DNA of 64,000 bases. It comes from Stegostoma tigrinum (taxonomy: Eukaryota). Made by a program: the position numbers and the translations under genes. A model generated the notes under the pieces. The model was not told where the DNA came from, searched no databases, and saw only the letters and a program-made list of their open reading frames with translations. This document shows positions 25,476 to 37,493 of the stretch, piece after piece; position 1 is the stretch's first letter, and every line of letters begins with the position of its first letter. The stretch spans positions 26,760,818 through 26,824,817 of the forward strand of contig NC_081384.1 in assembly GCF_030684315.1 (NCBI RefSeq), written 5' to 3'.

Positions 25476-26425
25476 TTAGGGAGGCAGAGACAGGTTGGAC
25501 TGGTTTTGGGATGCAGTGGGTGGGGGGGAAGAGCTGGGCTGGTTGTGTGGTGCAGTGGGGGGAGGGGATGAACTGGGCTGGTTTAGGGATGCAGTGGGGG
25601 AAGGGGAGATTTTGAAACTGGTGAAGTCCACATTGATACCATATGGCTGCAGGGTTCCCAGGCGGAATATGAGTTGCTGTTCCTGCAACCTTCGGGTGGC
25701 ATCATTGTGGCAGTGCAGGAGGCCCATGATGGACATGTCATCAAGAGAATGGGAGGGGGAGTGGAAATGGTTTGCGACTGGGAGGTGCAGTTGTTTGTTG
25801 CGAACTGAGCGGAGGTGTTCTGCAAAGCGGTCCCCAAGCCTCCGCTTGGTTTCCCCAATGTAGAGAAAGCCGCACCGGGTACAGTGGATGCAGTATACCA
25901 CATTGGCAGATGTGCAGGTGAACCTCTGCTTAATGTGGAATGTCATCTTGGGGCCTGGGATGGGGGTGAGGGAGGAGGTGTGGGGACAAGTGTAGCATTT
26001 CCTGCGGTTGCAGGGGAAGGTGCCGGGTGTGGTGGGGTTGGAGGGCAGTGTGGAGCGAACAAGGGAGTCACGGAGAGAGTGGTCTCTCCGGAAAGCGGAC
26101 AGGGGTGGGGATGGAAAAATGTCTTGGGTGGTGGGGTCGGATTGTAAATGGCGGAAGTGTCGGAGGATAATGCGTTGTATCCGGAGGTTGGTAGGGTGGT
26201 GTGTGAGAACGAGGGGGATCCTCTTGGGGCGGTTGTGGCGGGGGCGGGGTGTGAGGGATGTGTCGCGGGAAATGCGGGAGACGCGGTCAAGGGCGTTCTC
26301 AATCACCGTGGGGGGGAAGTTGCGGTCCTTAAAGAACTTGGACATCTGGGATGTGCGGGAGTGGAATGTCTTATCGTGGGAGCAGATGCGGCGGAGGCGG
26401 AGGAATTGGGAATAGGGGATGGAAT
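25476..26425 (-). CDS. PLE polyprotein C-terminus: RT thumb + GIY-YIG endonuclease (5'-truncated, no native start)
   Basis: SIPYSQFLRLRRICS, CNRRKCYTC, NVVYCIHCTRCGFLYIGETKRRLGDRFAEH, EQQLIFRLGTLQPYGIN; no internal stop. Confidence 0.9.
25500..25612. repeat. 39-bp tandem repeat x3 at the end of the PLE ORF
   Basis: CTGGTT...TGCAGTGGG...GCTGGG units encoding PSSSPPPTAxxNQ. Confidence 0.85.
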
Positions 26426-26729
26426 CACTGCACCACACAACCAGCCCAGCTCTTCCCCCCCACCCACTGCATCCCAAAACCAGTCCAACCTGTCTCTGCC
26501 TCCCTAACCGGTTCTTCCTCTCACCCATCCCTTCCTCCCACCCCAAGCCGCACCCCCAGCTACCTACTAACCTCATCCCACCTCCTTGACCTGTCCGTCT
26601 TCCCTGGACTGACCTATCCCCTCCCTACCTCCCCACCCACACCTTCTCCACCTATCTTCTTTACTCTCCATCTTCGGTCCGCCTCCCCCTCTCTCCCTAT
26701 TTATTCCAGTTCCCTCCCCCCATCCCCCT

Positions 26730-26761
26730 CTCTGATGAAGGGTCTAGGCCCGAAACGTCAG
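26730..26761 (+). ncRNA. Minimal hammerhead ribozyme motif in inverted pLTR
   Basis: CTGATGA (26732-38), A, GGGTCTAGGCCC, GAAACGTC (predicted cleavage after C26759); stem I is only 2 bp. Confidence 0.7.
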
Positions 26762-27314
26762 CTTTTGTGCTCCTGAGATGCTGCTTGGCCTGCTGTGTTC
26801 ATCCAGCCTCACATTTTATTATCTTGGAATCCCCCATATTCATGTTCACTTCATCCACCCTTTCCTCTCAAGGTCCACTTGTAGTTCCCTTATTAGAAAT
26901 AAGACCATAAGAACATAAGACATTGGAACAGAAGTTGGCTATTCAGCCCATCTAGTCTGAACCACTATTTGACAAGATTATGGATGATCTGGTAATTCTC
27001 AGCCCCGGATTCTTTCCAATGAGCAGCAGATGCTATATTTGCTGCACAGTATTGAGATGTTGAAGCGGCAAGGCCAAGTTTTCATCACTCCTGCTTATGG
27101 TGGCATTCTGAGTGAACCCGTTATTGGTGAGGGCTAGCCTGCACTTGCTTAGCTTCCCAATGCCTACTCTTTGTTGAATGTTGGAACAGACTCTATAAGC
27201 TGAATGGCCAATCTTGCTCTGATTTCCTGTGTTCCCAAACTCCTTGTGGGCTTTTGCAGGTTGTAGCTTCAACTGCAGGAGGCAAAAGTGAAGAACAATG
27301 ATCCCTTTCAAAAT

Positions 27315-27528
27315 AAAACCAAAAGAACTGTGGATGCAGTAAATCCGGAACAAAAACAGAAGTTGCTGGAAGAGCTCAGCAGGTCTGGAGCATCTGCAGA
27401 GAGAAATCAGACTTAACTCTTCAAGTTGAGTGACCCATCCTCACTTGACTTGAAACATTAACTTTGATTTATCTCCATAAATGCTGCCAGACTTGCTGAG
27501 CTTTACCATCAATGCCTGTTTTTGTTTA
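27315..27528. mobile_element. Short fold-back element, family C
   Basis: AACAAAAACAGAAGTTGCTGGAAGAGCTCAGCAGGTCTGG mirrored by CCAGACTTGCTGAGCTTTACC...CTGTTTTTGTT. Confidence 0.7.
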
Positions 27529-27659
27529 AAAAGACACTGATGGATATGGCATGTAGTCAAACATCCAGTTGCCTATCTGCTCTTAAGCTCACTGTAAGCT
27601 TCGAATCCAACCCTATTTTTTCTAATTCAGAATGTTAAATTAGTATGTAGACCACTTAA

Positions 27660-28560
27660 ATTTAAGTTGTGAAGATAAAACTCATTCCCCGTTTCGATCA
27701 TTTTAATTGCCACATAAACAAGATTAATTTGGCGTGAAAGTTTTTTTTAGCAGGATTTCTGCCTCAGAGGGGATTATAGGTAATGGCAGCTACCATTCTT
27801 AACAATGTGTTCATATCACTTGTGTACAATTTTGGGAGGGGGTTTGATGTCACATTGAAACAAACTCTCTTCAACATAAATCAATGATTGTATGACGGAG
27901 TTGTCAAAATTAGATACATTGCTATCTAATGATGGCCTGCAAATCACTTTAATAACAGGAAGAATGAACGGAAATTAGTCTGGGTCCGTTGTTATTATGC
28001 AAACAGTCTGATCTACTGCGCAATATATTTATTCGATACTACAGCTGTGGGTAATAAATAATATGGCAGTTGGTGTGTATAAATCGCATTACCAATGAAT
28101 AGTTTGCAGTCCTTTATTGATTTAACAACAGCAGCCATTCAGCATTTTACTGAGACACTTAAGAGATCCAGCATTCAATCAAATAATATTGTACTTTGAT
28201 TTTAGACCTGTGCAGTCTGTAGATTAGTATGTTGCAATGTCATTCAAAGAGTTATTTGAATGAATATTCTGCATGGAAAATGAATAAAAATGGGATGATG
28301 GGTTAACCGCAATAAGTTAAAAGGCAGTAATTCTGCTACATGGTTTTGCTGATCCCATAAATTATGAGGAAAGCAGATTTTAAAATATATAATATTGTCC
28401 CCTCTTTGACCTTTGTAAGGAGATATTCTTGAGCCTGACAATTCCCAGTTACCTTATCAATATGAACATATATCATCTCGCCATTGAGTGTTAATAGATT
28501 GCTTATCAGTGCAAACACTCCAATTCTGCCCCCATCAAGAGTGGCATTTTGGATTGTCTG
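27660..28560. promoter_or_regulatory. Candidate conserved non-coding element/enhancer
   Basis: Repeat-free, CpGs retained, dense TAAT cores, Pbx-Hox-like TGATTTATG on minus (27875-83), ATTATGCAAA. Conservation not tested. Confidence 0.45.
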
Positions 28561-28849
28561 GCGGTGGTGGGGGTGGGGGGGGTGTGGTGGTGGTGTGCTG
28601 TCACTTGAAGCCACCCCAGTATAGTGTGCCAGTTTCCCAATGTGAGACTGACATCCTCAGACTTTGAAAGGCACAACAGGAACTGGAAGAAGTAGCTGAG
28701 ATATTGATGGTGATTGATGAGCTTGTTTTCAGCTTATTTAAGGGTCATGTAATGTTCAACTCTTCTGTATTTAGTTATGTGAGTCGGTTTACTATTGATG
28801 CTCACTGTGCTTCATTGGTCAAGGCTGTGCCTGGACTCAGAGAAAAGGG

Positions 28850-29017
28850 ACATTTAGAGAAATCAAGACACTTAAGTGACTCTTGGATAGGCACATGGAT
28901 GACAGTATAATGTAGGGTATGCAGGTAGTTTGATCTTACTAGGATATTGGGTCAGCATAACATCATGGGCCGAAGGCCCTGTACTGTGCTATACTGTTCT
29001 ATGTTCTATGTTCTTAT
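28850..29017 (+). mobile_element. CR1 3' tail
   Basis: GGGCCGAAGGCCCTGTACTGTGCTATACTG followed by a TTCTATG repeat. Confidence 0.8.
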
Positions 29018-29164
29018 GAGTTGAAAACTGGTGCTGAATAACAGAATAGGCATCGTAAAGCACTATGAATAGAACCTGTTAAACGAATAGTGCTATCCCT
29101 GAATTGCTCAGAAACATGTAAGAGGCTTTGTGCAGGGGAAATATAGTCACATAGATTTGTGTAT

Positions 29165-30265
29165 TAGAAATTGTGTCCCACTAATTTGATTGAGCTTTTC
29201 TGAGGAAGTGATTAAGAGGAATGATTAAGATAAAATGGTGGCTCAAAAGTAGGAGACAGAGAGTATTTGTGGAGGGTTGCTTTTGGATTGAAGGCCTGTG
29301 ACCACAAGGATCTGTACTGGGCCCATTGCTTTTTGTCATTTATATAAACGACTTAGATATAAACGTAGGAGATATGGTTAGTAAGTTTGCAGATGACAAC
29401 AAAATTGATGTTGCGGTGGACAGCCAAGAAGGTTACCTGAGAGTACAACGGGACTTTGATCAGACGGAATGATGGGCTGAGGAATGGCAGATGGAGTATA
29501 ATTTATTTAAATGTGAGGTGCTGCATTTTGGTAAAGCAAATCAGGCCAGGACTTATACACATCAAGGTAGGATCTTGGGGAGTGTTGCCAAACAAATAAA
29601 CCTTGGTTCATAGTTTCTTGAAAGTGGAATCACAGATAGACATGGTGATGAAGCAGGCATTGGTATGTTTGCTTGGTCAGTGTATTGAGTATAGGAGGTC
29701 ATGTTATGGCTGTGCAGAACATTGGTTAGGCCACTTTTGGAATATTGTGTTCAATTCTGGTCTCCCTGCTATAGGGAGTATGTTGTTAACTTTGAAAGGG
29801 TGCAGAACAGGATGCTGGAGGTTTTGAGCTACAGTCAAAGGTTGAATAGGCTGGGGCTTTTCTCCCTAGTGTGTCGGAGGCTGAGGAATGACCTCATAAA
29901 ATGTTTATAAAATCATGAGGGACATGAAAAGGGTGAATAGCCAAGGTCCTTTCTTCAGGGTAGGAGAGTCCAAAATTAGAGGGCATAAGTTTAAAGTGAG
30001 AGGGGGTAAGATCTAAAAGGGACCTGAAGGGCAAATTTTCCATGCAGAGGAGAGTGTGCATGTGGAGCAAGCTGCCAGAGGAAGTGGTGGAGGTTGACAT
30101 AATGACAACATTTAAAAGGCATCTAGATGGGTACATGAATAGGAAGGGTTTAGAGGGATACAGCCCAAATGCTGGCAAATGGGACCAAATTAATTTGAGA
30201 TATCTGGTCAGCATTGATGAGTTGGACTGAAGGGTCTGCTTCCATGTTATATATCTCTATGACCC
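29165..30265 (+). mobile_element. 5'-truncated CR1 (RT to 3' UTR), decayed
   Basis: QGSVLGP, FADD, LVRPLLEYCVQFWSP and W.KLPEEVVE motifs; tail at ~30260. Confidence 0.9.
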
Positions 30266-31557
30266 TACACACTAAATGCAAGATTTTGATTCTAAGAGAT
30301 GAGTTTACAATGACAGGGAGGAGGAGGTGTGATAAAATGAGGGAAAGATCTACAACAGCTGGGAGAGATAAAAACTGGATTGCGAAGGTTGAGAGATGAT
30401 TGAGAGAAACGCAAGCAAGGAGTTGTGCTCAATGACAAGAGATCGTCTTCATAACTTTTAGTTTCAATGAATAGTCATAGTACTCAAAACATTCAATTAT
30501 TTAGCTCTCAATAGCTACCAGACCTACTGATTTTCTCCAGTACTTTCTGTTTCTATTCCTTACTCAATACACATAGTCCATTTTGGTGGGCGCTTTAGTT
30601 TGTCATGCAATCAAGTAAGCTGTACAATATAGGAGAGGAGTAAATCACTCACTCCACCATTGAACACAAATATCCCACTGCATATCCAGCCAGAACTCAT
30701 GCTGGACTCTAGGTTTCACAAATGTCTGCACTTTCTGACTCAAAAGTATGGAAAACCAAAGGCTCATTCCACTACCATTACCAGATATTTACAAAACATT
30801 TCTACAGGTACAGAGCTGAGACTAGGATTTGGTCTGCATTGGGGCTTTATGAACTCATAGCATGTCTAAATAGTATAAGACATCAAATTGTCTTTGGTCT
30901 GGGGTTGTTCAGTACCATTGAGTAATTTTTGCATGATATTATCTACTTTTTTGTCTAAATGAGAATATCAAACAATGCATTGTAAGTTGATTGCCAGTGA
31001 TGCAGGCAATTCATGGTTCACAGAAACTGCTAGGAAAGGAGGGAATGATAGAGAAAGAGATGACAAGAATTTATTTTTCTAAAAATATACTTTGTTCATA
31101 AAATTTGTAAATGGATTTTACATGACCGTTCCACATTTAATTTACATTAGGTGCAAAGCAAATCTGTTTCTTTCAATACCATATATCACAATGCTTACAA
31201 ATGTAATAATTTTACGCCATTCAGTGCACAATGAAAATGCAACTCAAAGGATTTTACCCAGTTTCTGCCCCTTTGTGCATTATGGCTGAAAGACCATAGA
31301 TGATGACCATTCTCTGTTGTACACTGTGTTCTTCAGGACATGGTTCTGAAAATTGGGATGCTCTAATCTGAAACTCTGGCACAACACAATTCTGTACACT
31401 GGAAGACCAGCATGGTTCAGGCAGTCCAAAGAGCATGATTCACTGAGTTGCTGGTCCTCCAGCTGTAGCTGATGTTTATTTCAGTACACATCCTCAAGAA
31501 CAGCCCATAGAGCACAAAGTGCTATGTCAAGAAACAGCTCATAATAAGAATTAATAA

Positions 31558-32187
31558 TGATACGGTGGCTTTAAGGGGTGTGTTTTGTCCTGCTTCCTTT
31601 TAGGGAGAGATTAGGTTCCTAGCAGTCTATGAGTAGATGAACAATTTGTGAAGTCTTCAGTGTTTTTTTGTAAAAAGGCAGAATCGTAAAAGCAGCCTGA
31701 ATGGGTGTTGTCAAGTTCCCACCCACAGGACCTGGATTTTTAGTTTCTTAGGTTTTTAATAGTAGTTGCTGTTGGGGTCTGGGAGAAGTGAAAGCTATTT
31801 ATCTCCTATCTCTGTTACAGCCAAAAGTTGGGGATTCTCTATCTGCAATGGGAGTTATATGTGAGGCAATCTATTTTCTGAATTTGCCCTCTGCCAAGGG
31901 TGTATTTATAGGATGTTACTATAGTGGAACAGCTAAATAGTAATAATTACTGTATCTATTATTCTGTTAAGTTTTCCAAAAGATTTACATTATTCTAATT
32001 CCTTCTTTCTTTTGTTGTATTTTAACAAAGGTGAAGACATGAAGTGCGTTTTGCTTTAAACCCAGCAGTTTAACCAATTAAATTGCATCTGGAATGCAAC
32101 ATCTTATATTTACTTTTAAAATAAAAAAACATTAGGGTCTTCACTGTCTTCCGAATATTTTAAGGGGGCTTGGTCTGATCCATAACA
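31558..32187 (+). mobile_element. Candidate solo LTR
   Basis: TGATACGG...CCATAACA (6/8 terminal inverted match), AATAAA near the 3' end, ~630 bp. No TSD. Confidence 0.45.
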
Positions 32188-32995
32188 CTGTGACAAAATT
32201 GAAACCAAAAATAAAACTTGACAAAAGGAAAATGCACCTTTTTCCAGACTTCCTTCACAAAGGCACATTCCAGAAAAAAAGAAGTGGATAGCAAACTGTT
32301 CCCCTCACACATCGCTTGTGCCAGTCAATGGGTGAGAATTTGGGAGTGCAGAAAATCTTAATGTCACCACCCGTGAACTTTGTAGCAAAAAGGAAGATGA
32401 CAATGAATTCTTATATTGATTCAACAATATCCTCAGTCGAGCACCCAATTGTTGCTCACCCCTTATCCTCAACTTGACCAATCCAACAGTTCATTTCCTC
32501 TGGTCTTTCAGAATTATTGTTTAAATATTCTGTTCTCAGTGCTGAATGGTTTGGTGCAAAATGGAATTGAACATCATCAACAAGAGTTTGCATTTATACA
32601 GTATCTTTAATGCAGCAAAATGACTGAAGGGAATTCATAGGAGAATTTTGCAGCAAAATTTGACACTATAAAGAAATATTTTGGAAGCTGAATGAAAGCT
32701 TGGTCAAGTTATCAGGTTTTAAGGAGAAGGGAGAAGAAAGAATATCTAAAAAGGGAGTTGCAGAGTTCAGGCCCTAGACAGTCAATGCCATGGCTGCTAA
32801 TGACAGAGCAATGAAAAATCAGAGGTCTCACAGGCATCCCTCGCTATCCGTAATGGATAAATTTTAATGTCTGTTGATGTTTCTATAATATATGTATTCT
32901 GATATAAGGGCTGTAAGCCCAATGCTAATGTTTAGGTCACAAATCATACTGAAAATAACTCTAATACAAGCTGGATGATATACTTTTACTATTTC

Positions 32996-33250
32996 TCATA
33001 GAATTCCAACAGTGAAAATTTGGCCCAACATGTCCACACTGACCCTTTGAAGAGCATCCCACCCAGACTCACCCCACTACCCCTGTAACCGTGCATGTCC
33101 CATCTAGCCCACACATCCCCGGACACTATGGACAATTTAGTATGGTCAATTCAACTAACTCGCACATCTTTGGAGTGGGGGAGGAATCTCACGCAGACGC
33201 GGGGAGGATGTGTAAACTCCGCACAGTCACTTGAAGGTGAAATTGAACCC
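32996..33250 (-). mobile_element. HE1/V-SINE-like SINE, 5'-truncated
   Basis: Matches the other copies from the tail to the B box. Confidence 0.8.
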
Positions 33251-33449
33251 CAATTCCTTATCTCAAGTTCACGCAGCTCCACTTTAATAATCACGTGACC
33301 TAATTTTCAATAAAAAAGGACTTCAAGACATTTTCTACAGAGCCTCGTTAATATAGGGAAATCTCTCATGACATATCACAGAGACAAGCTCTTTTTTGAA
33401 AACAAGATATACAGAGCCCAAGACATGAGAAGGAGTTGTTTTATAAGGA

Positions 33450-33590
33450 AGGGTCTGAGGAAGGATCGCCGGACCTGAAACATTAACTCAGTTTATTTCC
33501 TTCACCGATGCTGCCAGACCTGCTGAGCTTTTTCAGCAACTTTGTCTCTTTTTTCTGATTTAGAGCATCTGCAGTTCTTTTGGCTTTTGA
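33450..33590 (+). mobile_element. Family C single arm with hammerhead-like core
   Basis: CTGAGGA-AGGATCGCCGGACCT-GAAACATTAAC followed by GATGCTGCCAGACCTGCTGAGC. Confidence 0.65.
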
Positions 33591-33767
33591 TTTATAAAGT
33601 AGTAGCTTTGAAGGAGTTAAGGCTCATGTTACATGAACTCCATCCTTTCCAATTTTACACAGTCAGTGGGTTGAGACAAAGATTTCTACTGTAGCTTTTG
33701 GAGGCACTAGATATAAATCCTAAAGTCTGAGTAATTTGCCTGACCAAATGTAGCCGTACCAATTGAA

Positions 33768-34865
33768 TCATAGATCTTTACATTGCAGAGAGAGATGATT
33801 TGGCCCATGAGGTTCATTCAGGTCAAGAAAGGTCTGACTAAACTAAGACAATAAGGTGTGGAGCTGGATGAACACAGCAGGCCAAGCAGCATTGGAGGAG
33901 CAGGAAAGCTGATGTTTCAGGCCGAGACCCTTCTTTTAAGAACGGTCTAGGCCTGAAATGTCAGCTTTCCTGCTCCTCTGATGCTGCTTGGCCTGCTGGT
34001 TTCATCCAGCACTACACCTTGCTTTCTCAGATTCTCCAGCATCTGCAGTTCCTACTATCTCTGACTAAACTAATCCTATTTTCCAGCTTCTGGCTCATAG
34101 CTATGGATGTTATGTTAATGCGTTGAATATCTGAATACTGCTTAAATGTTATAAAAGTTTCTGACTCAACCGCCCTTTTGGGAAGTGAGTTCCGGACTCC
34201 CACCATCCTCTAAGTGAAAGAATTTCCCTCTTAGCCTGCTAAATTTCAAATCTATGTCCCCAACTTATTGTCCCCTCTACTATTAGAAAAGGTGCCTTCC
34301 TATCTATCTTAACTATGCTTTTCATAATCTTCTACATCTCTATCAGGTCCCCTCTGAACTTTCTTGCTCCAAGAAAAACATTAGCCTATTCAGTCTCTCC
34401 TCTTAGTTTAGATCCTCCAGCCCAGGCAACACTGTTCACTGTATGCTCTCTAGTCCAAACACATCCTTCCTATAATTTGGTGACCCCAACTATATGAAGT
34501 GTTCTAATCGTGGCTTCACCAGCATTTAAACAATTCCAGTGTAACCTCTCAAATTTCATGTCTCGGCTAGTAAAGGAAAGTATTCCATTAGCCTTCTTCA
34601 CTACCTCATCAACCTGCCCTGCTACCTTCAGGCATCAGTGGATGTGCATACCACTCTTGGATTCTATTTGACGCTGTTCTGCCTACCTGACCAATTCTCC
34701 TTGCATTGATAGCTATCCTGCTCACTATGCATCACCCAACCAATTTTTGTGTCATCCACAAACCTTGTGATCATACTCCCTACATTTAAGCCCAAATCAT
34801 TAATGTACACCACAAACAGCAAGGGCCAGAGCATAGAACTCTGTAGAACCCCATTGAAAATAGTT
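33768..34865 (-). mobile_element. CR1 RT/3' fragment
   Basis: GVLQSSMLWPLLFVVYINDL...FVDDTKI; 3' tail at ~33770. Confidence 0.8.
33847..34059 (+). mobile_element. Fold-back pLTR-only element, family A, with 14-bp TSD
   Basis: TSD TCTGACTAAACTAA at 33833-33846 and 34060-34073; two inverted pLTR ends joined near 33935. Confidence 0.9.
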
Positions 34866-35162
34866 ATTACACTTCTGCTACTCATTAACAAGAATCCCGT
34901 CTCAACATACAGGAATTAGTTGGAAAATGTGACCTGTTGGTCTTGATATTGACGTAGGCCTCACCAATTCTCCACAAATTTCACACCATAGTCCATGTTG
35001 TTCAGGGTCTGGGAAGGTTCAGCCCAAAATTTTTCAGAAGTGTATGAAAATCAGATATAATTTCTCCTTGTCACTGCTGCAGTGGCTAAGTTTAAACTAA
35101 CTTACTGCAGGAAAAACCAAATGGATAAGGTAGAATGCTAGGTCTACCTCCTAACCTCCTGT

Positions 35163-36190
35163 GGAGAACCACAACTGGCTCAGGGCATTTTTCTTCATGG
35201 AAGTGTGCTCAACTGTTACGTTCTTCATTATTTCAATGTTCAGCAGTCTTGCCTAACAACTTAAACCCTTAGACGACTTACACAACTTAGACAGCACATT
35301 ATGACATTAGCTCCTACTCGATTCGATGAAATGTAAAATAGTTTGTGTATAAGTCTAATGTTTCACTCAATTCTTCAGTTTATTGACAGCTGGACTAAAT
35401 TAAAAGTGTCCCTCCAAACCTGGAAAAGTGAAAAGGGTGAACTGAATGAATGCATGAGCTTAGCTATGGATTTGATATTTAGCCTGTGCACACATAGATG
35501 TATTTGATGAATTAATCAAAGTGCAGTTGCCGAGCATTTCCCAGTCTTCACTGAATAGCATACAATAATTAGACTCTTCCACTTGGGGACAATACTCCAC
35601 TCTTACTGTGGAGCACTTCCAATGGCAAAATTAAGCCACATTTCATTATGCATCTTAATTAAATTAGAAAGATTTCATTCCTACCCATCCTCGGGGTTAT
35701 ATTGTTCTTGTGCTTTTGGCTGTCACAGGGCAATGAGGAACAAACTCAGATAAAAGTTCCCATAAAAATCATCCAATAAACTTTAACTTCATCCATTAAT
35801 CATGGAGTTTCTTTGGTGGGAATACGCCAGCATGTCTGCTAAATATTTGATGACTTTTGTCAGCTTCTAGCTCTGCCTAGCAGAATTAAGAAAATATCAT
35901 ATTAATCTGTCTGCTTCCTATCTATATTCAGGCTGTTGTTGGTCTCCCACATTTCCCAGATAAATTTGATAGGAATGGAGACTGATGGGGTGGGGTGATG
36001 TCTGTAGTTTACCCCCTTCTCAGCTTTCACTCAACATTAATCTGAGGAGAATGACAACTGACTCAGGGCATTTTTTTTCACGGTAGTATGCCCTACTGTT
36101 GCTTCCTTCATTATTTCAATGTTCAGCAGTCTGCCCTAACAACTTAAACAGTTAGACAACCTACACAGCTTAGACAGCACATTATGACAA
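35163..36190 (+). repeat. ~145-bp dispersed direct repeat (35163-35307 and 36045-36190)
   Basis: Shared blocks such as TTCATTATTTCAATGTTCAGCAGTCT and CTTAGACAGCACATTATGACA. Confidence 0.9.
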
Positions 36191-36610
36191 ATTAATCTGT
36201 CTTTGTTTTTGTACCTTCTTCAAGGTCCAGCTCGGCACTACTTGAAAGTGTTGGCTGAACGCCAACTTCGTCCACTGTGCTAAATATCCCAAGAAAATTA
36301 CCTAATTCTCAAGGCAGCCCTGGAAGCTTATTCTTGGTGCCGGATTTCCAATGGATGATCCAGATACAAGGACAGGCAGATTTTCATCAAATGATAAATA
36401 TCGTAGCACAGCAGGAAGATTTCTGCAGCTATTTTACAGAGAACTTTTGGGAGAAAAGTTGTGTAAAAGAATATAATTATAATTGGAATAACATAATACA
36501 CTGCACTAGAATTAATGCTTCTATTAAGTTGTATACCCATTCTTTCACAGGGTGCTAGTGTCGTTAGCTAGACCAACAGTCGTCACTATTCTTTATGTGC
36601 CATTGAAAAG

Positions 36611-36963
36611 GGAGTAGTATGCTGGCACAGTGGCTCCTCACAACACCAGGGACCTGGGTTCGACTCCAGCCTTGAGTGACTATCTGTGTGGAGTTTGCGT
36701 GTACTTCCTATGTCTGCGTGACTTCCATCTGGGTGGTCTGGTTTCCTCCCACAGTCCAAAGTTGTGCTGGTTAGGTGGATTAGCCATGCTAAATTGCCTG
36801 TCGTGTTCAGGCATGTACAGTCTAGATGGGTTAGCCATGGGGAATGCAGGGTTACAGGGATGGTGGTGAGGGGGTATCGGTCTGGCGGGATGTTCTTCAG
36901 AGGGTCAGTGCGGACTCATGGGCTGAATGGCCTGCTTCCACACTGTATGGATTCTATGATTCT
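36611..36963 (+). mobile_element. HE1/V-SINE-like SINE
   Basis: B box GGTTCGACTCC, V-core and CR1-like tail. Confidence 0.85.
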
Positions 36964-37255
36964 AAGTTTGTGGTGAGCTGTTCTCTCAAATGGCTGCAGT
37001 CCATGTGCCCTAGGTATACCCGCAGTGTTGTCAGGGAGTGTCTAGATTTCAACCCAGTAACAGTGAGAGGAACAATGATAGAGACACAGATCTTTAATCA
37101 GCATCAGAGCCATCAGCCCTAAAACTGACCAGGCAGAGGAACGACACTTCCCCTTGTAAATTGCTTCAGGTTATGCTTCTGATTGTGGTATCCAACGAGG
37201 GCCCTCCAGTGCAACAAACCAGGATCCCCTTAAGCACAGCACAGCATAACAACAG

Positions 37256-37493
37256 AGATAGTAGGAACTGCCGATGCTGGGGAATCTGAGATAACAAGGT
37301 GTAGAGCTGGATGAACACAGCAGGCCAAGCAGCATCAGAGGAGCAGGAAGGCTGACGTTTTGGGCCTAGGCCCTTCCCCTTCCCCTACCCCTCCCCCATT
37401 TCTGAAGAAGGGTCTAGACCCAAAACGTCAGCATTCCTGCTCCTCTGATGCTGCTTGGCCTGCTGTGTTCATCCAGCTCTATACCTTGTTATG
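37256..37493 (-). mobile_element. Fold-back pLTR-only element, family A, with 15-bp TSD
   Basis: ACAGCATAACAACAG (37241-55) and ACAACATAACAACAG (37494-508). Inverted arms; core CTGAAGA...AAAACGTC at ~37402-37429. Confidence 0.9.

Larger units (their letters stand above)
25126..26829 (-). mobile_element. Young 5'-truncated Penelope-like element with inverted pLTR, family A
   Basis: TSD TCCCCCATATTCAT at 25112-25125 and 26830-26843. Inverted arms 25152-25557 and 26426-26831. Open GIY-YIG reading frame; CpG-rich. Confidence 0.95.

Noticed and set aside
26426-26576. N-terminal 50 aa of the 366-aa ORF 25476-26576
   Set aside because: It is read through the inverted pLTR arm, so it is not a native start. 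PLE homology begins at SIPYSQF.
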